From Promethearchaeota archaeon (GTDB lineage: Archaea; Asgardarchaeota; Lokiarchaeia; Sigyniarchaeales; SOKP01), in contig JAHLWS010000070.1 of NCBI GenBank assembly GCA_019057795.1, positions 96,001-160,000 on the forward strand: DNA of 64,000 bases. Direction: 5' to 3'. Below, in pieces: positions 39,702 to 49,503 of the stretch (position 1 is the stretch's first letter; the number at the start of each line of letters is the position of its first letter). Under the pieces are notes generated by a model. The model had not been told where the DNA came from. It ran no database searches and worked only from the letters and a program-made list of their open reading frames with translations. The position numbers were made by a program, and so were the translations under genes.

Positions 39702-40283
39702 ATGAAGGAATTAAATCCTTTGTTAAGATCGTTTTTATATATAATAGGTGGAGATATTGCCACAGAAGTAGGAATTCAATTATTGAACTCGGAAAACCAA
39801 GATATAACTGATGAAGATATAACAGAAAGTATTAAAGAACGAATTAAAAGTGGAGACTATAAAATAGATATTGACCCAGATGACACTGTTATTTTAAAAT
39901 TAAATACAGTAAGAAAAACATTATACATATTATATAGTGCAAAATTAGCTCAATTTAGAAGAATACGTGATAAGTCTACAGGTTGGTTTATATATTACTG
40001 GTGGCATCAATTTGATTTGTTGGAAGAAATCTTAATGGAAAAAAAGAGATTAGTAGAAAGAAAGTTAAGAGAAAGGTTAGAATTTGAAGAAAATAACTAT
40101 TTTTTTATATGTAAGAAGTGTCAAAATTCAATTATTAAGTATAATTTTGACATGGCATTTGAATTGAATTTCAGATGTCCAAATTGTGGAGATCCATTAG
40201 AAGCTCAAGATAATCAAAATTTTATTCAGTTTTTAAAAGAAAAAATAGTTTCAATTGAAAATGCTGATTTATCAATTGACTAA
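39702..40283 (+). CDS. tfe: Transcription initiation factor E alpha
   Basis: TDE, LNTVRK.LY.L, RD..TGW..Y.W, C..C...A.E..F.CP.CG. Confidence 0.95.
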   Translation: MKELNPLLRSFLYIIGGDIATEVGIQLLNSENQDITDEDITESIKERIKSGDYKIDIDPDDTVILKLNTVRKTLYILYSAKLAQFRRIRDKSTGWFIYYWWHQFDLLEEILMEKKRLVERKLRERLEFEENNYFFICKKCQNSIIKYNFDMAFELNFRCPNCGDPLEAQDNQNFIQFLKEKIVSIENADLSID

Positions 40284-40364
40284 GAAATTTAATTACTTCT
40301 TAATTTTGCACCAAAAAAGAATAACTTCTAAAAGAATTATCTAAATTTCCAAGGCGTTTAAACA

Positions 40365-40901
40365 TTAATCTTTCTTTTTTGTAATAAAAGCAATATCACC
40401 AAGAGAGGAACCATGAGATTTTTTCATATACTTGCTTTGTTTGGCACTTGGTTCAATTTCATCTATTTTTTTAAGAAGTGTAATATTGTAGACTTTTTCT
40501 ATTTTTCTTGCCAATTTTATAGTTGGTTCAACTTTTCCGGCTTCAATTCTTCTTAATAAAGAAGGTTTCTCGTTTAATTTTTGAGCAAATTGATCTTGGT
40601 TAAATCCGCGGGAATTTCGAGCGTTTCTAATTCTTTTCGCGTAATCATGAACAATTTCAATATTTTCATCGCCATCTCTTTTAGGCAAAAATTTTTTCAC
40701 GGGTCTCTTAAGTTTAACATATGTCTGCTGTTGAGAATAGGATATTTTAGGTTCATTCCTGATTTTTTTGCCATATTGGGCACAACTTTGACACACAGTA
40801 ATTTTTGCTTCTTCTATTAAAACTTTTTGTCCTTTTCCCCATATTTTACCTCCACATATGGGGCATTCCTTATCAAATTGATTCGATCCTTTTTTTGACA
40901 T
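40365..40901 (-). CDS. mbf1: Archaeal multiprotein bridging factor 1
   Basis: CPICG..VC..C zinc ribbon, HTH ending IEAGK.EP, SLGD. Confidence 0.92.
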   Translation of the reverse strand: MSKKGSNQFDKECPICGGKIWGKGQKVLIEEAKITVCQSCAQYGKKIRNEPKISYSQQQTYVKLKRPVKKFLPKRDGDENIEIVHDYAKRIRNARNSRGFNQDQFAQKLNEKPSLLRRIEAGKVEPTIKLARKIEKVYNITLLKKIDEIEPSAKQSKYMKKSHGSSLGDIAFITKKKD

Positions 40902-41144
40902 AATACAATCTTATATACAATAATTTCTAAGGAAAAGTACTATATATAATGAATTGGATGTAGAACTCTTAAAATTTTCTGTTTAAAGCTAAAAATCGTT
41001 ATAAAATATAACCAATAAATTTTTTAGAAATCGATATTTTTATCATATGAGTGTATTACCTTAAATTTAAATGAATAAATTGTTATTAATAAATTAGAAA
41101 ATTTACTTGAAATTTAAATAAATAAAAGATGGGGTATTTTCTTT

Positions 41145-42353
41145 TTGACTACAACCAAAGAAAGGAGAAAAAAGGAAGAAACTAAAGATGAAGAGTATTT
41201 AATTACTTATACAAGGCACCTGGAAAAGAGATTAAGAAATTTAGAGACTGAAAAACAGTTGTTAGATGCTGAACGTCTAAGATTGGAACAAGAACTACAT
41301 AGTTTAAGAAATGAAATTGATCGGTTAAGAGAACCTCCTTTAGTATCTGCTACTGTAATTGACATGTTAGATGAAACAGGTAAAGTTATTGTAAAAAGCT
41401 CTACTGGCCCTAGTTTCGTTGTTAACCCTAGTAGGAAGGTTAAAAACGAAAATCTAGCTCCAGGAATGAGAGTTGCTCTAAACCAGAGAACTTTCGCAAT
41501 AATGGAAATCTTACCAACAAAATTAGATCCTTTTGTAAAAGGAATGGAAGTTATCGATACAATTCCCAATATTAGTTACGAAGATGTCGGTGGTTTAGAT
41601 GAACAAATACTAGAAGTAAGAGAAACAGTTGAATTACCTCTGTTAAAACCAGAATTGTTTAAAAGAATAGGGATTGATCCGCCTAACGGTGTTTTACTTT
41701 TTGGACCTCCAGGGACCGGTAAAACATTAGTTGCGAAAGCGGTTGCTCATGAAACAAGCGCTACATTCATTAGAATAATAGGATCGGAGTTAGTTCAAAA
41801 GTTTATTGGTGAAGGTGCTCGTTTGGTCAGAGAGATATTTAATTTAGCAAAACAAAAAGCCCCCACTATATTATTTATAGATGAATTAGATGCTATCGGG
41901 TCTCAAAGATTAAAAATTGCTACATCTGGCGATAGAGAAGTACAAAGGACTTTAATGCAATTATTAAGTGAATTAGATGGTTTTGAAGAAAGAGGAGATG
42001 TAAAAATAATTGGCGCAACAAATAGAATTGACATTTTAGATCCGGCTTTATTAAGACCAGGTAGATTTGACAGAATGATTGATTTTCCAATGCCAAATGG
42101 GGAAGCTAGAACTTCAATCTTTAAAATCCATACAAGAAATTTAAGAATTGATGGAGTATTAAACTTTAAAAAGTTGGTTGAGTTAACTGAAGGAGCGACG
42201 GGTGCAGACATAAAAGCAATCTGCACTGAAGCTGGAATGTTTGCAATAAGAAAAGAAGCTGAAGCAATTGTTAAAAACGATTTTATTGAAGCAATAAATA
42301 AAGTTATGAATAAAATGAAAGATAAAGCTATTGAATCTAAGTTATATTCTTAA
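41145..42353 (+). CDS. pan: Proteasome-activating nucleotidase
   Basis: Coiled coil, OB fold, GPPGTGKT, DELD, EVQRT, DPALLRPGRFDR, C-terminal HbYX (LYS). Confidence 0.97.
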   Translation: MTTTKERRKKEETKDEEYLITYTRHLEKRLRNLETEKQLLDAERLRLEQELHSLRNEIDRLREPPLVSATVIDMLDETGKVIVKSSTGPSFVVNPSRKVKNENLAPGMRVALNQRTFAIMEILPTKLDPFVKGMEVIDTIPNISYEDVGGLDEQILEVRETVELPLLKPELFKRIGIDPPNGVLLFGPPGTGKTLVAKAVAHETSATFIRIIGSELVQKFIGEGARLVREIFNLAKQKAPTILFIDELDAIGSQRLKIATSGDREVQRTLMQLLSELDGFEERGDVKIIGATNRIDILDPALLRPGRFDRMIDFPMPNGEARTSIFKIHTRNLRIDGVLNFKKLVELTEGATGADIKAICTEAGMFAIRKEAEAIVKNDFIEAINKVMNKMKDKAIESKLYS

Positions 42354-42426
42354 TCTTCCTTTTTACAAACATATTAAATATTAATAACTTTATTTTTATG
42401 TAAATAGTTGTAGTAATTAATTTAAA

Positions 42427-42918
42427 ATGGAAAACAAACTATTCTTTGCTTTAAGAAAAGTAAAGGCTATTTCTGATTACCAATTTGGACAAACAGTAAC
42501 AAATATTCTATTTGAAAATGATAATAATATCCATATTGAATTTTCTAAAAAGACGGATAAAATAAAGCATATATATTACGATGAGAAACTTTTGCTAAAT
42601 TTGAGACCAACTAATGGATTCTTTACATTAAGTTTATTTGCAGCTAATAAAATAATTAAAAACATTTCAACACCGAGATTGAGAGCAGTCGTGTTGAATG
42701 ACATATCTGACTTTATTAAAAAAGGTCGTAACGTGTTTTGTAAACATGTTTTGGATATAGACGATAATTTAAGACCCTTAGATGAGATTATTGTTGTTAA
42801 TCAAAAGAATAACCTTTTAGCAATTGGAAAACTAGCGATCCCCATCCCTTATGTTCGAAGTTTTAAAACTGGAATCGCAATAAAAGTTCGGAAAGGAATC
42901 GATAAATCAAAATTATAA
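42427..42918 (+). CDS. PUA-domain protein (resembles C-terminal domains of archaeosine tRNA-guanine transglycosylase)
   Basis: DYQFG, G.NVF.KHV, A.KVRKG. Confidence 0.85.
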   Translation: MENKLFFALRKVKAISDYQFGQTVTNILFENDNNIHIEFSKKTDKIKHIYYDEKLLLNLRPTNGFFTLSLFAANKIIKNISTPRLRAVVLNDISDFIKKGRNVFCKHVLDIDDNLRPLDEIIVVNQKNNLLAIGKLAIPIPYVRSFKTGIAIKVRKGIDKSKL

Positions 42919-42968
42919 GCCTTAATAAATTTTAATAATATATATAGTTAGGAGTTATTGAGAAAAAA

Positions 42969-43448
42969 ATGGTAAAATTACCAAAAGAGATGCAAAAAAG
43001 AGAAAACAGCAAACCTAAGCGCCCTCAAGCAACAAAAAAGAGAGAAGGGCAACAAATTGCTTCAAGACAAATGCGTCGCCGAATGCAACAGCAAGGAGTT
43101 GAAATGGATCAAATTAACGCTACTCGAGTAATAATAGAAGGAGTAGAAAAGACGCTCATAATTGATCAACCAGAGGTTGTTTTATTGAAGCAAATGGGAC
43201 AAGAAATCTATCAAATAATTGGTGAAGCACAAGAGTATTCTCCAGGGGATATTTTAATTGGAGAAAAGGAAGATGTTGAGACTACGGAACTTGTTGAAGA
43301 ATCTGAAACAAAACCAATTATTACTGAAAATGATATAATGCTAGTAGCAGCTCAAGCAAATGTCAATAAAGAAGAGGCGAACGCAGCATTAATTGATAGT
43401 GAAGGAGATATAGCAAAAGCTATTTTATTTCTGAAAAATAGACCTTAA
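42969..43448 (+). CDS. nac: Nascent polypeptide-associated complex protein
   Basis: MRR.MQQ.G, GQ..YQI.G, UBA-like GDIA.AI. Confidence 0.93.
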   Translation: MVKLPKEMQKRENSKPKRPQATKKREGQQIASRQMRRRMQQQGVEMDQINATRVIIEGVEKTLIIDQPEVVLLKQMGQEIYQIIGEAQEYSPGDILIGEKEDVETTELVEESETKPIITENDIMLVAAQANVNKEEANAALIDSEGDIAKAILFLKNRP

Positions 43449-43533
43449 TTTACTATCAAATAAAATTAGTAAAAAAAAAGAATTAAGAATCATAAATCAT
43501 TCACTATTTTATAAACAATTTGGTAAGAATTAT

Positions 43534-43887
43534 ATGTCAAAAGTAAAGAAAAAACCTACTGGGCTACATGGAGGCTTATCCGAAGAAGAAGTAAAATTCG
43601 AAAAAATTATGCAATTTTCAGGTTGGATATTTTTAATCGCTCTAATTTTAGTAATGGGGGCGTTGATTATTTTCGATTCTGTATTAGGGTTAATTGAATT
43701 AGAATTAAATGCATCAACATTTACGTTAATTATTTTTTTCGGGACTAATTCTGCAATTAGTTTTGGATTAGCTACAAGAATTAAAAAAAATAGAGATCAA
43801 AAGAAGAAATTGTACTTTGATTGGTTAAAAGGCGAATTTCTATTTGGCATAATTGCTATTTTTGCTGTAGCTGTTTACCAATGGTAA
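43534..43887 (+). CDS. Three-TM membrane protein
   Basis: Hydrophobic helices. Confidence 0.7.
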   Translation: MSKVKKKPTGLHGGLSEEEVKFEKIMQFSGWIFLIALILVMGALIIFDSVLGLIELELNASTFTLIIFFGTNSAISFGLATRIKKNRDQKKKLYFDWLKGEFLFGIIAIFAVAVYQW

Positions 43888-43921
43888 TCATTTTTTATTA
43901 CATTTCGATTACCAACTATAT

Positions 43922-44251
43922 TTATTTATAATCTTCTCTTGCTGGACTAAATACATCTATAACATCCGTATCTTCCAAAATTATCGCCCCGTGTTTTTCG
44001 TTAGAATCAAAAACATAACTATCTCCTTCTTTTGCTATAAATTCTTCATTTTCAGTAATAAATTTTAATTTGCCCTTTAACACATATCCAATTTGATGTT
44101 CTTTATGTGAATGTAAGGGAATTTGTGAGCCCTTAATTAGATTAAAATGGCATAACATCATATTCTTGTTATAGGCTAAAGTTTTTCTATATATTCCGTG
44201 TAAATTTTCTACTGAATCAACAGAATTTTTGCTTACGAGGTTTTTTCTCAT
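43922..44251 (-). CDS. Cupin-domain protein
   Basis: PLHSH.EHQ.GY, GD, H, D.FSPAREDY. Confidence 0.9.
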   Translation of the reverse strand: MRKNLVSKNSVDSVENLHGIYRKTLAYNKNMMLCHFNLIKGSQIPLHSHKEHQIGYVLKGKLKFITENEEFIAKEGDSYVFDSNEKHGAIILEDTDVIDVFSPAREDYK

Positions 44252-44675
44252 CTAAATAACACTTTTAATTTGATTTCATCGATTTTTTATTTAAATATAC
44301 TCATAGTCTTTAATTTTTAAATTTTATATATTCAATTGAAAATTACAAAATCAGTAAAGACGACATTAATTTATTTAAGGATAAAATAACGAGATTAAAT
44401 ATGGTTCTTTCGAATTTTTCTGAAAAAGTATGGTGTTTTCTGCGGTTTAGTTAACTGGTGTTTTAAATTTCAAATCAAGAGTTAATAAATTAAGTTTATA
44501 TTAGAAAAAAAAATACATTTTTATATCAAAAGAGGTAAAATATAAACGATAACAAATAATTATTAAGGGTATTGTTTCAGTTCATGGTGCCGACAAAAAC
44601 ATTTAGTTTTTAACCTGATAGTATACCTTTATCTCTTATTAGAATATTATAAATTAAAATTTGTGATGGATTGCT

Positions 44676-46805
44676 ATGGTCTTGATTCCAAAATCTGAAA
44701 CAACTGTTGTTAATAAAGGTTTAAGAAGTGGTTTTTTAAAAAATTTATTACCAAGAGTTTCCCGAACTGAAGGTGATGTAGTCCCTTTTGATCCTCTAAA
44801 AATAAAACAGAGTATTGTTAAAGAAACAGGGTTAAACGATAAAGTCGCTGATAGCATTACTGAATTAGCGGTTAGAAGAATTATATCCTCCGGTATAATG
44901 TTTCTTTCTGGTCCACACATTAGGGAAATAGTCTGTTCAATATTATCTGAACAACATTTTGAAGATGAACGAAAGCTATATACCAGAATAGGTATGCCGT
45001 TGATGGATTACGAAGCAATTTTAGAGAAGGGTGTGAATGAAAATGCTAATCAAGATATGAATCCTGAGAGCATCCATCATTGGGCTGCTAATAGAATATC
45101 TGACGAATATGCACTTTTAAGAATTTTAGATTCAGAAGAAGCACACGCTCATCTATATGGAGATATTCATGTACATATGCTCAGGTATTTTGATTTACGG
45201 CCTTTCTGCCAAGAATGGGACCCTCGTATGATTCTTGAGCATGGTCTTCCCCCTGTCGATAGTTGGGCTCATTGTAGCAAATCTGGTCCTGCAGGAAGTT
45301 TGCGAGTAGCTGTGACTCATCTTGCTAAATGGCTTGGGATTATTCAGGGCGAATTTAGTGGAGGACAGGGATATGATTATATAACCACTTTTTTAGCACC
45401 ATATGCTCGGGGCATTTCTAATAGAGAGATTGAGCAATCAATGCAATGCTTAATTTTTGAAACAAATCAAATTTTTGCTGCTCGGGGAGGACAGGTACCA
45501 TTTACATCAATATCGTGTACCCCAACTATACCTGATGGTTTATTAAATATTCCTGCTATTGGCCCTCATGGAAAAAATATTGGGATATATGGAGATTATA
45601 GAGAAGAATGTCTTAAACTTTTTGATGCTTTAACAGAAGTTTATATACAAGGAGATTATAACGGAAAACTATTTGCATTTCCAAAACATGAGGTAAAAAT
45701 AAAAAAAGAGTGGCTTAAAGAATTCGAACCATCTTACATTAAAATAATGGAAGAAGTAGCTACGATGGGGACTCCATATTTTCTAAACATGTGCCCAGAT
45801 TGGATGCCAGACGAAATTCATAGTCAATGTTGTAGAAAATTTCTAAGTGGCAATCAAATTATAAGTCAATGTATTGTAGATCCTGAAAAAAGGAAAAACT
45901 TCAACATATGGGAAAATTACGTTACCATTGGCTCACTTCAAAGTGTTAGTCTAAATTTACCTAGATATGCATATATGTCCAACAATGAAGACGATTACAT
46001 TAGGATTTTAGGGGAAAAAATGGAGCTTTCAGCTAGAATCCTAAAAAAAAAATGGGATTTAATGGAAAGGCGATTAAAAACAGGGCATCTACCCTTATGT
46101 AGTGGCAAAATTAATGGTGACCCAATTTTTAAATTGCGAGAGCAAAATCTTTCAATAGGTTTTACTGGCCTGAATGAAGCCGTAAAAAGTATGAGCGGCT
46201 TTGAATTGCATGAAAATGATACGGCATATAACCTCGGAAGAAGAATATTAGAATACATGGTTGCTAAGTGTAATACCATGACAGAAAGAGATGGGATTTC
46301 CTATTCACTTTGGGAACAGCCCTCAGAATCCAGTTCTGGGCGCTTTGCTAAATTAGATTTGAAACATTTCCCAAAGAAAGCCATACCTCAGTCATCAGGT
46401 AAATCTGCTTATTATACAAACTCAGGTCATTTTCGGTATGATGCAGATATACCGTTATCTGAAAGAATTCGAAAACAGGGAGATTATCATCCTATTGTAA
46501 ATGGAGGAGTAATTACACACATTTGGTTAGGAGAACAAAAACCGGACATTCATGCTCTTTGGGAACTCACGAAAAATATTTGTCTTAATACAAATACTGC
46601 ATATTTTGCATATACTACAGATTTTATATATTGTCCATCCTGTCGTAAGATGTATCGAGGAAGTCAATTTACGTGTCCTCAATGTTATTCTGAAGATGTG
46701 AAAGTATATTCAAGAGTTACGGGATATTACAGTGAAGTAAATAGATATAATTTAGGAAAAAGAGCAGAATGGGAAGCAAGAAAACGAGAAAATTTATTTA
46801 TATAA
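44676..46805 (+). CDS. nrdD: Anaerobic (class III) ribonucleotide reductase with ATP cone
   Basis: ATP cone, H..GDIH.H, SGGQ, QCCR, C..C/CP.C, glycyl-radical motif YSRVTGY. Confidence 0.96.
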   Translation: MVLIPKSETTVVNKGLRSGFLKNLLPRVSRTEGDVVPFDPLKIKQSIVKETGLNDKVADSITELAVRRIISSGIMFLSGPHIREIVCSILSEQHFEDERKLYTRIGMPLMDYEAILEKGVNENANQDMNPESIHHWAANRISDEYALLRILDSEEAHAHLYGDIHVHMLRYFDLRPFCQEWDPRMILEHGLPPVDSWAHCSKSGPAGSLRVAVTHLAKWLGIIQGEFSGGQGYDYITTFLAPYARGISNREIEQSMQCLIFETNQIFAARGGQVPFTSISCTPTIPDGLLNIPAIGPHGKNIGIYGDYREECLKLFDALTEVYIQGDYNGKLFAFPKHEVKIKKEWLKEFEPSYIKIMEEVATMGTPYFLNMCPDWMPDEIHSQCCRKFLSGNQIISQCIVDPEKRKNFNIWENYVTIGSLQSVSLNLPRYAYMSNNEDDYIRILGEKMELSARILKKKWDLMERRLKTGHLPLCSGKINGDPIFKLREQNLSIGFTGLNEAVKSMSGFELHENDTAYNLGRRILEYMVAKCNTMTERDGISYSLWEQPSESSSGRFAKLDLKHFPKKAIPQSSGKSAYYTNSGHFRYDADIPLSERIRKQGDYHPIVNGGVITHIWLGEQKPDIHALWELTKNICLNTNTAYFAYTTDFIYCPSCRKMYRGSQFTCPQCYSEDVKVYSRVTGYYSEVNRYNLGKRAEWEARKRENLFI

Positions 46806-46851
46806 TTTTTCTTTTTTAATTTCTTAAATATTTTTGAATCTTACTAAATAT

Positions 46852-47169
46852 ATGAACAAAAAATTATCGCTTAAAGAATTTCAACAACAAATTGACGAGT
46901 GGATTCTCAATCACGGTGGTTATTGGCCTCCTCTTTCTATGCTCGGTGCAATTATAGAAGAAGTAGGAGAATTAGCAAAAGAAATCAACCATCTTGAAGG
47001 GTTCAAACCAAAGAAGTCTGACGACGCAAAATTAGATATTGGTGAAGAGCTCGCAGATGTCATTTTTGCGACAATCTGTGTTGCTAACCATTACAAAGTA
47101 AATATGAATTGGGAATTAGCTAAGGTTATTGAAAAATATGCAACAAGAGATTCAAAGAGATTTTTATAA
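46852..47169 (+). CDS. MazG-like nucleotide pyrophosphohydrolase
   Basis: EEVGELA, EELADV, K...RD..R. Confidence 0.9.
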   Translation: MNKKLSLKEFQQQIDEWILNHGGYWPPLSMLGAIIEEVGELAKEINHLEGFKPKKSDDAKLDIGEELADVIFATICVANHYKVNMNWELAKVIEKYATRDSKRFL

Positions 47170-47307
47170 TAAAAAAGAAGAGCACAAATTTTTAAACAAT
47201 TTTATTGAGAAAACTCTTTCAATTTGAAAAATTTTAATCCTTTTATGCGTTTTATTTTTTTAAAACATCGGTAATGATAATAATAACTATTAATTTATAA
47301 TAAAAAG

Positions 47308-48483
47308 ATGCTAGAAGAAGGATTAGAGAAACAAGAAATACTCAAATTACTTGAGAAAAAGTTAGAGAAAGATCTTTCGTACGATTCAGGCTTTATTTTA
47401 GGGTCTATGTGCACAGAACCTTTAGATTTCGCTAAGGAAATTTATATTAAATATATTTCTAAAAATTTAGGAGATCCCGGATTATTTTTAGGGACTGCAA
47501 CCTTAGAAGACGAATTAGTACTTGAAATTGGTGAGTTATTTGGAAATAAAGATATAATCGGAACATTTACTACTGGGGGTTCAGAAGCTAATTTAATCGC
47601 CATGAGGATTGCTAAAAAATTACGACCTGAAATAAAAAATCCCGAAGTTGTAGTTTCGACTTCAGCTCATATTTCTTTCGATAAAGCAGCCGATATATTG
47701 GACATTAAACTTAGGAAGGTACAATTAAGAGAGAATTTTGAATTAGATTTAAACCATTTCGAATCTCTTATCAATAAAAATACTTGCGGAGTTGTTGGAA
47801 TTGCAGGTACAACCTCGTTAGGTTTAATTGACCCAATCGAAGATATGGGTAAAATTATCGAAGGAGAGAATATTTTCTATCATATTGATGCCGCTTTTGG
47901 GGGATTTGTGTTACCATTTCTAAAAAAACTAAAGTATAAAATTCCTCCATGGGATTTCTCAGTAAAGCCTGTAAGTTCAATTACAGCGGATCCCCATAAA
48001 ATGGGTTTAGGTGTAATACCTTCCGGGGGATATTTCGTTAAAGATGCGTCTATATTACAAAAAATTGGTTTTGAGATTCCTTATTTAGCAGGAGGAAATT
48101 TTAAGCACTTTCATATGGTTGGAACTAGACCAGGAGGTCCAATTATCGCATTTTGGGTAATTTTGAGAGCTTTAGGTATTAACGGTTTTATTGAGATGGT
48201 AAAAAAATGTATGGATAATACTAAATATTTAGTAAAAAGAATATCTGAAATTAATGGGATAACATTAGCGGCTAACCCCGTTATGAACGTAGTAGGGATA
48301 ACAACAGAGAATGGAGAAAGTATATGTGAAATTGATGATGCATTACGTAATAATAAGTGGATGTTAGGTAAATTTATAGATTTTAATTTAATTAGAGTTG
48401 TTCTAATGCCACATGTAAAAAGAGACCATATATCTAATTTTACTTCTGATTTAGAAAAAATAGTAAAAAAACTAAATTTATAA
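47308..48483 (+). CDS. mfnA: PLP-dependent tyrosine/aspartate decarboxylase
   Basis: ILGSMCT.P, NLGDPGLF, GGSEAN, HIDAAFGG, DPHKMG, GTRPG. Confidence 0.92.
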   Translation: MLEEGLEKQEILKLLEKKLEKDLSYDSGFILGSMCTEPLDFAKEIYIKYISKNLGDPGLFLGTATLEDELVLEIGELFGNKDIIGTFTTGGSEANLIAMRIAKKLRPEIKNPEVVVSTSAHISFDKAADILDIKLRKVQLRENFELDLNHFESLINKNTCGVVGIAGTTSLGLIDPIEDMGKIIEGENIFYHIDAAFGGFVLPFLKKLKYKIPPWDFSVKPVSSITADPHKMGLGVIPSGGYFVKDASILQKIGFEIPYLAGGNFKHFHMVGTRPGGPIIAFWVILRALGINGFIEMVKKCMDNTKYLVKRISEINGITLAANPVMNVVGITTENGESICEIDDALRNNKWMLGKFIDFNLIRVVLMPHVKRDHISNFTSDLEKIVKKLNL

Positions 48484-48604
48484 TAAATTTAGTTAAATAA
48501 AAATTTTATAATATCCATCAGAAATATATTTATAAACCAAAAAGTAATTTAATAATTTATATAGATTTATTAGGGTTTAATCTCTCTTAAGAAATGAAAT
48601 AGGA

Positions 48605-49477
48605 ATGGGAAAAGAAAAAAAAAAATCACTTGGAATAAAGACAACAAGATATTTTACTAAAACTTGTACTAAATGTAAGTTTGAATACCCAAATTGGTTT
48701 ACGAATTGCCCTAAATGTGGTGCTGCTTGGGATTCTGTAGAAGCAGAAAAGACTACTGGTGCAAAGGAGGCGCTAAAGAAAACAATAAAAATTGTTGTTA
48801 AAATAACAGAAGAAGATTTTAATAATACATTAGAGAGAGTTAAATTAATTTTTAGCGCTGATCAAGGCCGATCTTGGTATCAAATGGAAATGGAGAACCA
48901 ATTGGACTTTTTTATAGCAGAAATCACTGATGTTCCTGTTGGATCTGTTATTATTTATTACATTGAAGTTATATTAATTCATGGTGAGCAAGTTATTGAA
49001 AATAATGAGGGCAATTATTTTCATTATAAAGTTGGCGTACCTATCGAAGATTTAGAAAAAGATCAACAAATTTCTAAAGGAAAAATCGTAAATCATGCGA
49101 AAAAACAACTAAATAAAGCTGTAAATGAATATAACGAGGTTTTAGAAGATTTTACTATAGCGAAAACACAAAACACAAATGATTTAGTCCAAAAACCACC
49201 GAAACCACAACCTGAATATTTTAAACCTAAATCAGAATCGAATGCAAATTCAAAAAAGGAAATGATTGACAACTCAACTGGAATCTCTCAAATTTTTATT
49301 AATAAACCTAGTATGCAACCATCTCAGCATCCAAAAGAATATAGAGCTGAAGATAATATTACTATCTTTGGAAAACTTCAGACTAAAATTGATCCAGATT
49401 TAAAAATATGTCCTCATTGTAATTCTAGAATCAAAATAATATGGAGCACATGCCCCATCTGTGGTAAGAATCTTTAA
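48605..49477 (+). CDS. Protein with terminal zinc ribbons and a central beta-sandwich-like domain
   Basis: CTKC..CPKC and CPHC..CPIC. Confidence 0.75.
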   Translation: MGKEKKKSLGIKTTRYFTKTCTKCKFEYPNWFTNCPKCGAAWDSVEAEKTTGAKEALKKTIKIVVKITEEDFNNTLERVKLIFSADQGRSWYQMEMENQLDFFIAEITDVPVGSVIIYYIEVILIHGEQVIENNEGNYFHYKVGVPIEDLEKDQQISKGKIVNHAKKQLNKAVNEYNEVLEDFTIAKTQNTNDLVQKPPKPQPEYFKPKSESNANSKKEMIDNSTGISQIFINKPSMQPSQHPKEYRAEDNITIFGKLQTKIDPDLKICPHCNSRIKIIWSTCPICGKNL

Positions 49478-49503
49478 AATATTATTTTAAAATTAAATAA
49501 AAA

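Noticed and set aside
39819-39892. In-frame insertion in TFE flanked by the inverted repeat ATAACAG/CTGTTAT, considered as a possible intron
   Set aside because: No 4-bp central helix with 3-nt bulges can be drawn and the frame is open; likely a protein loop insertion.
16323-46805. Inteins in common hosts (RtcB, Cdc6, DP2, RpoB, NrdD)
   Set aside because: All have normal lengths and continuous motifs.
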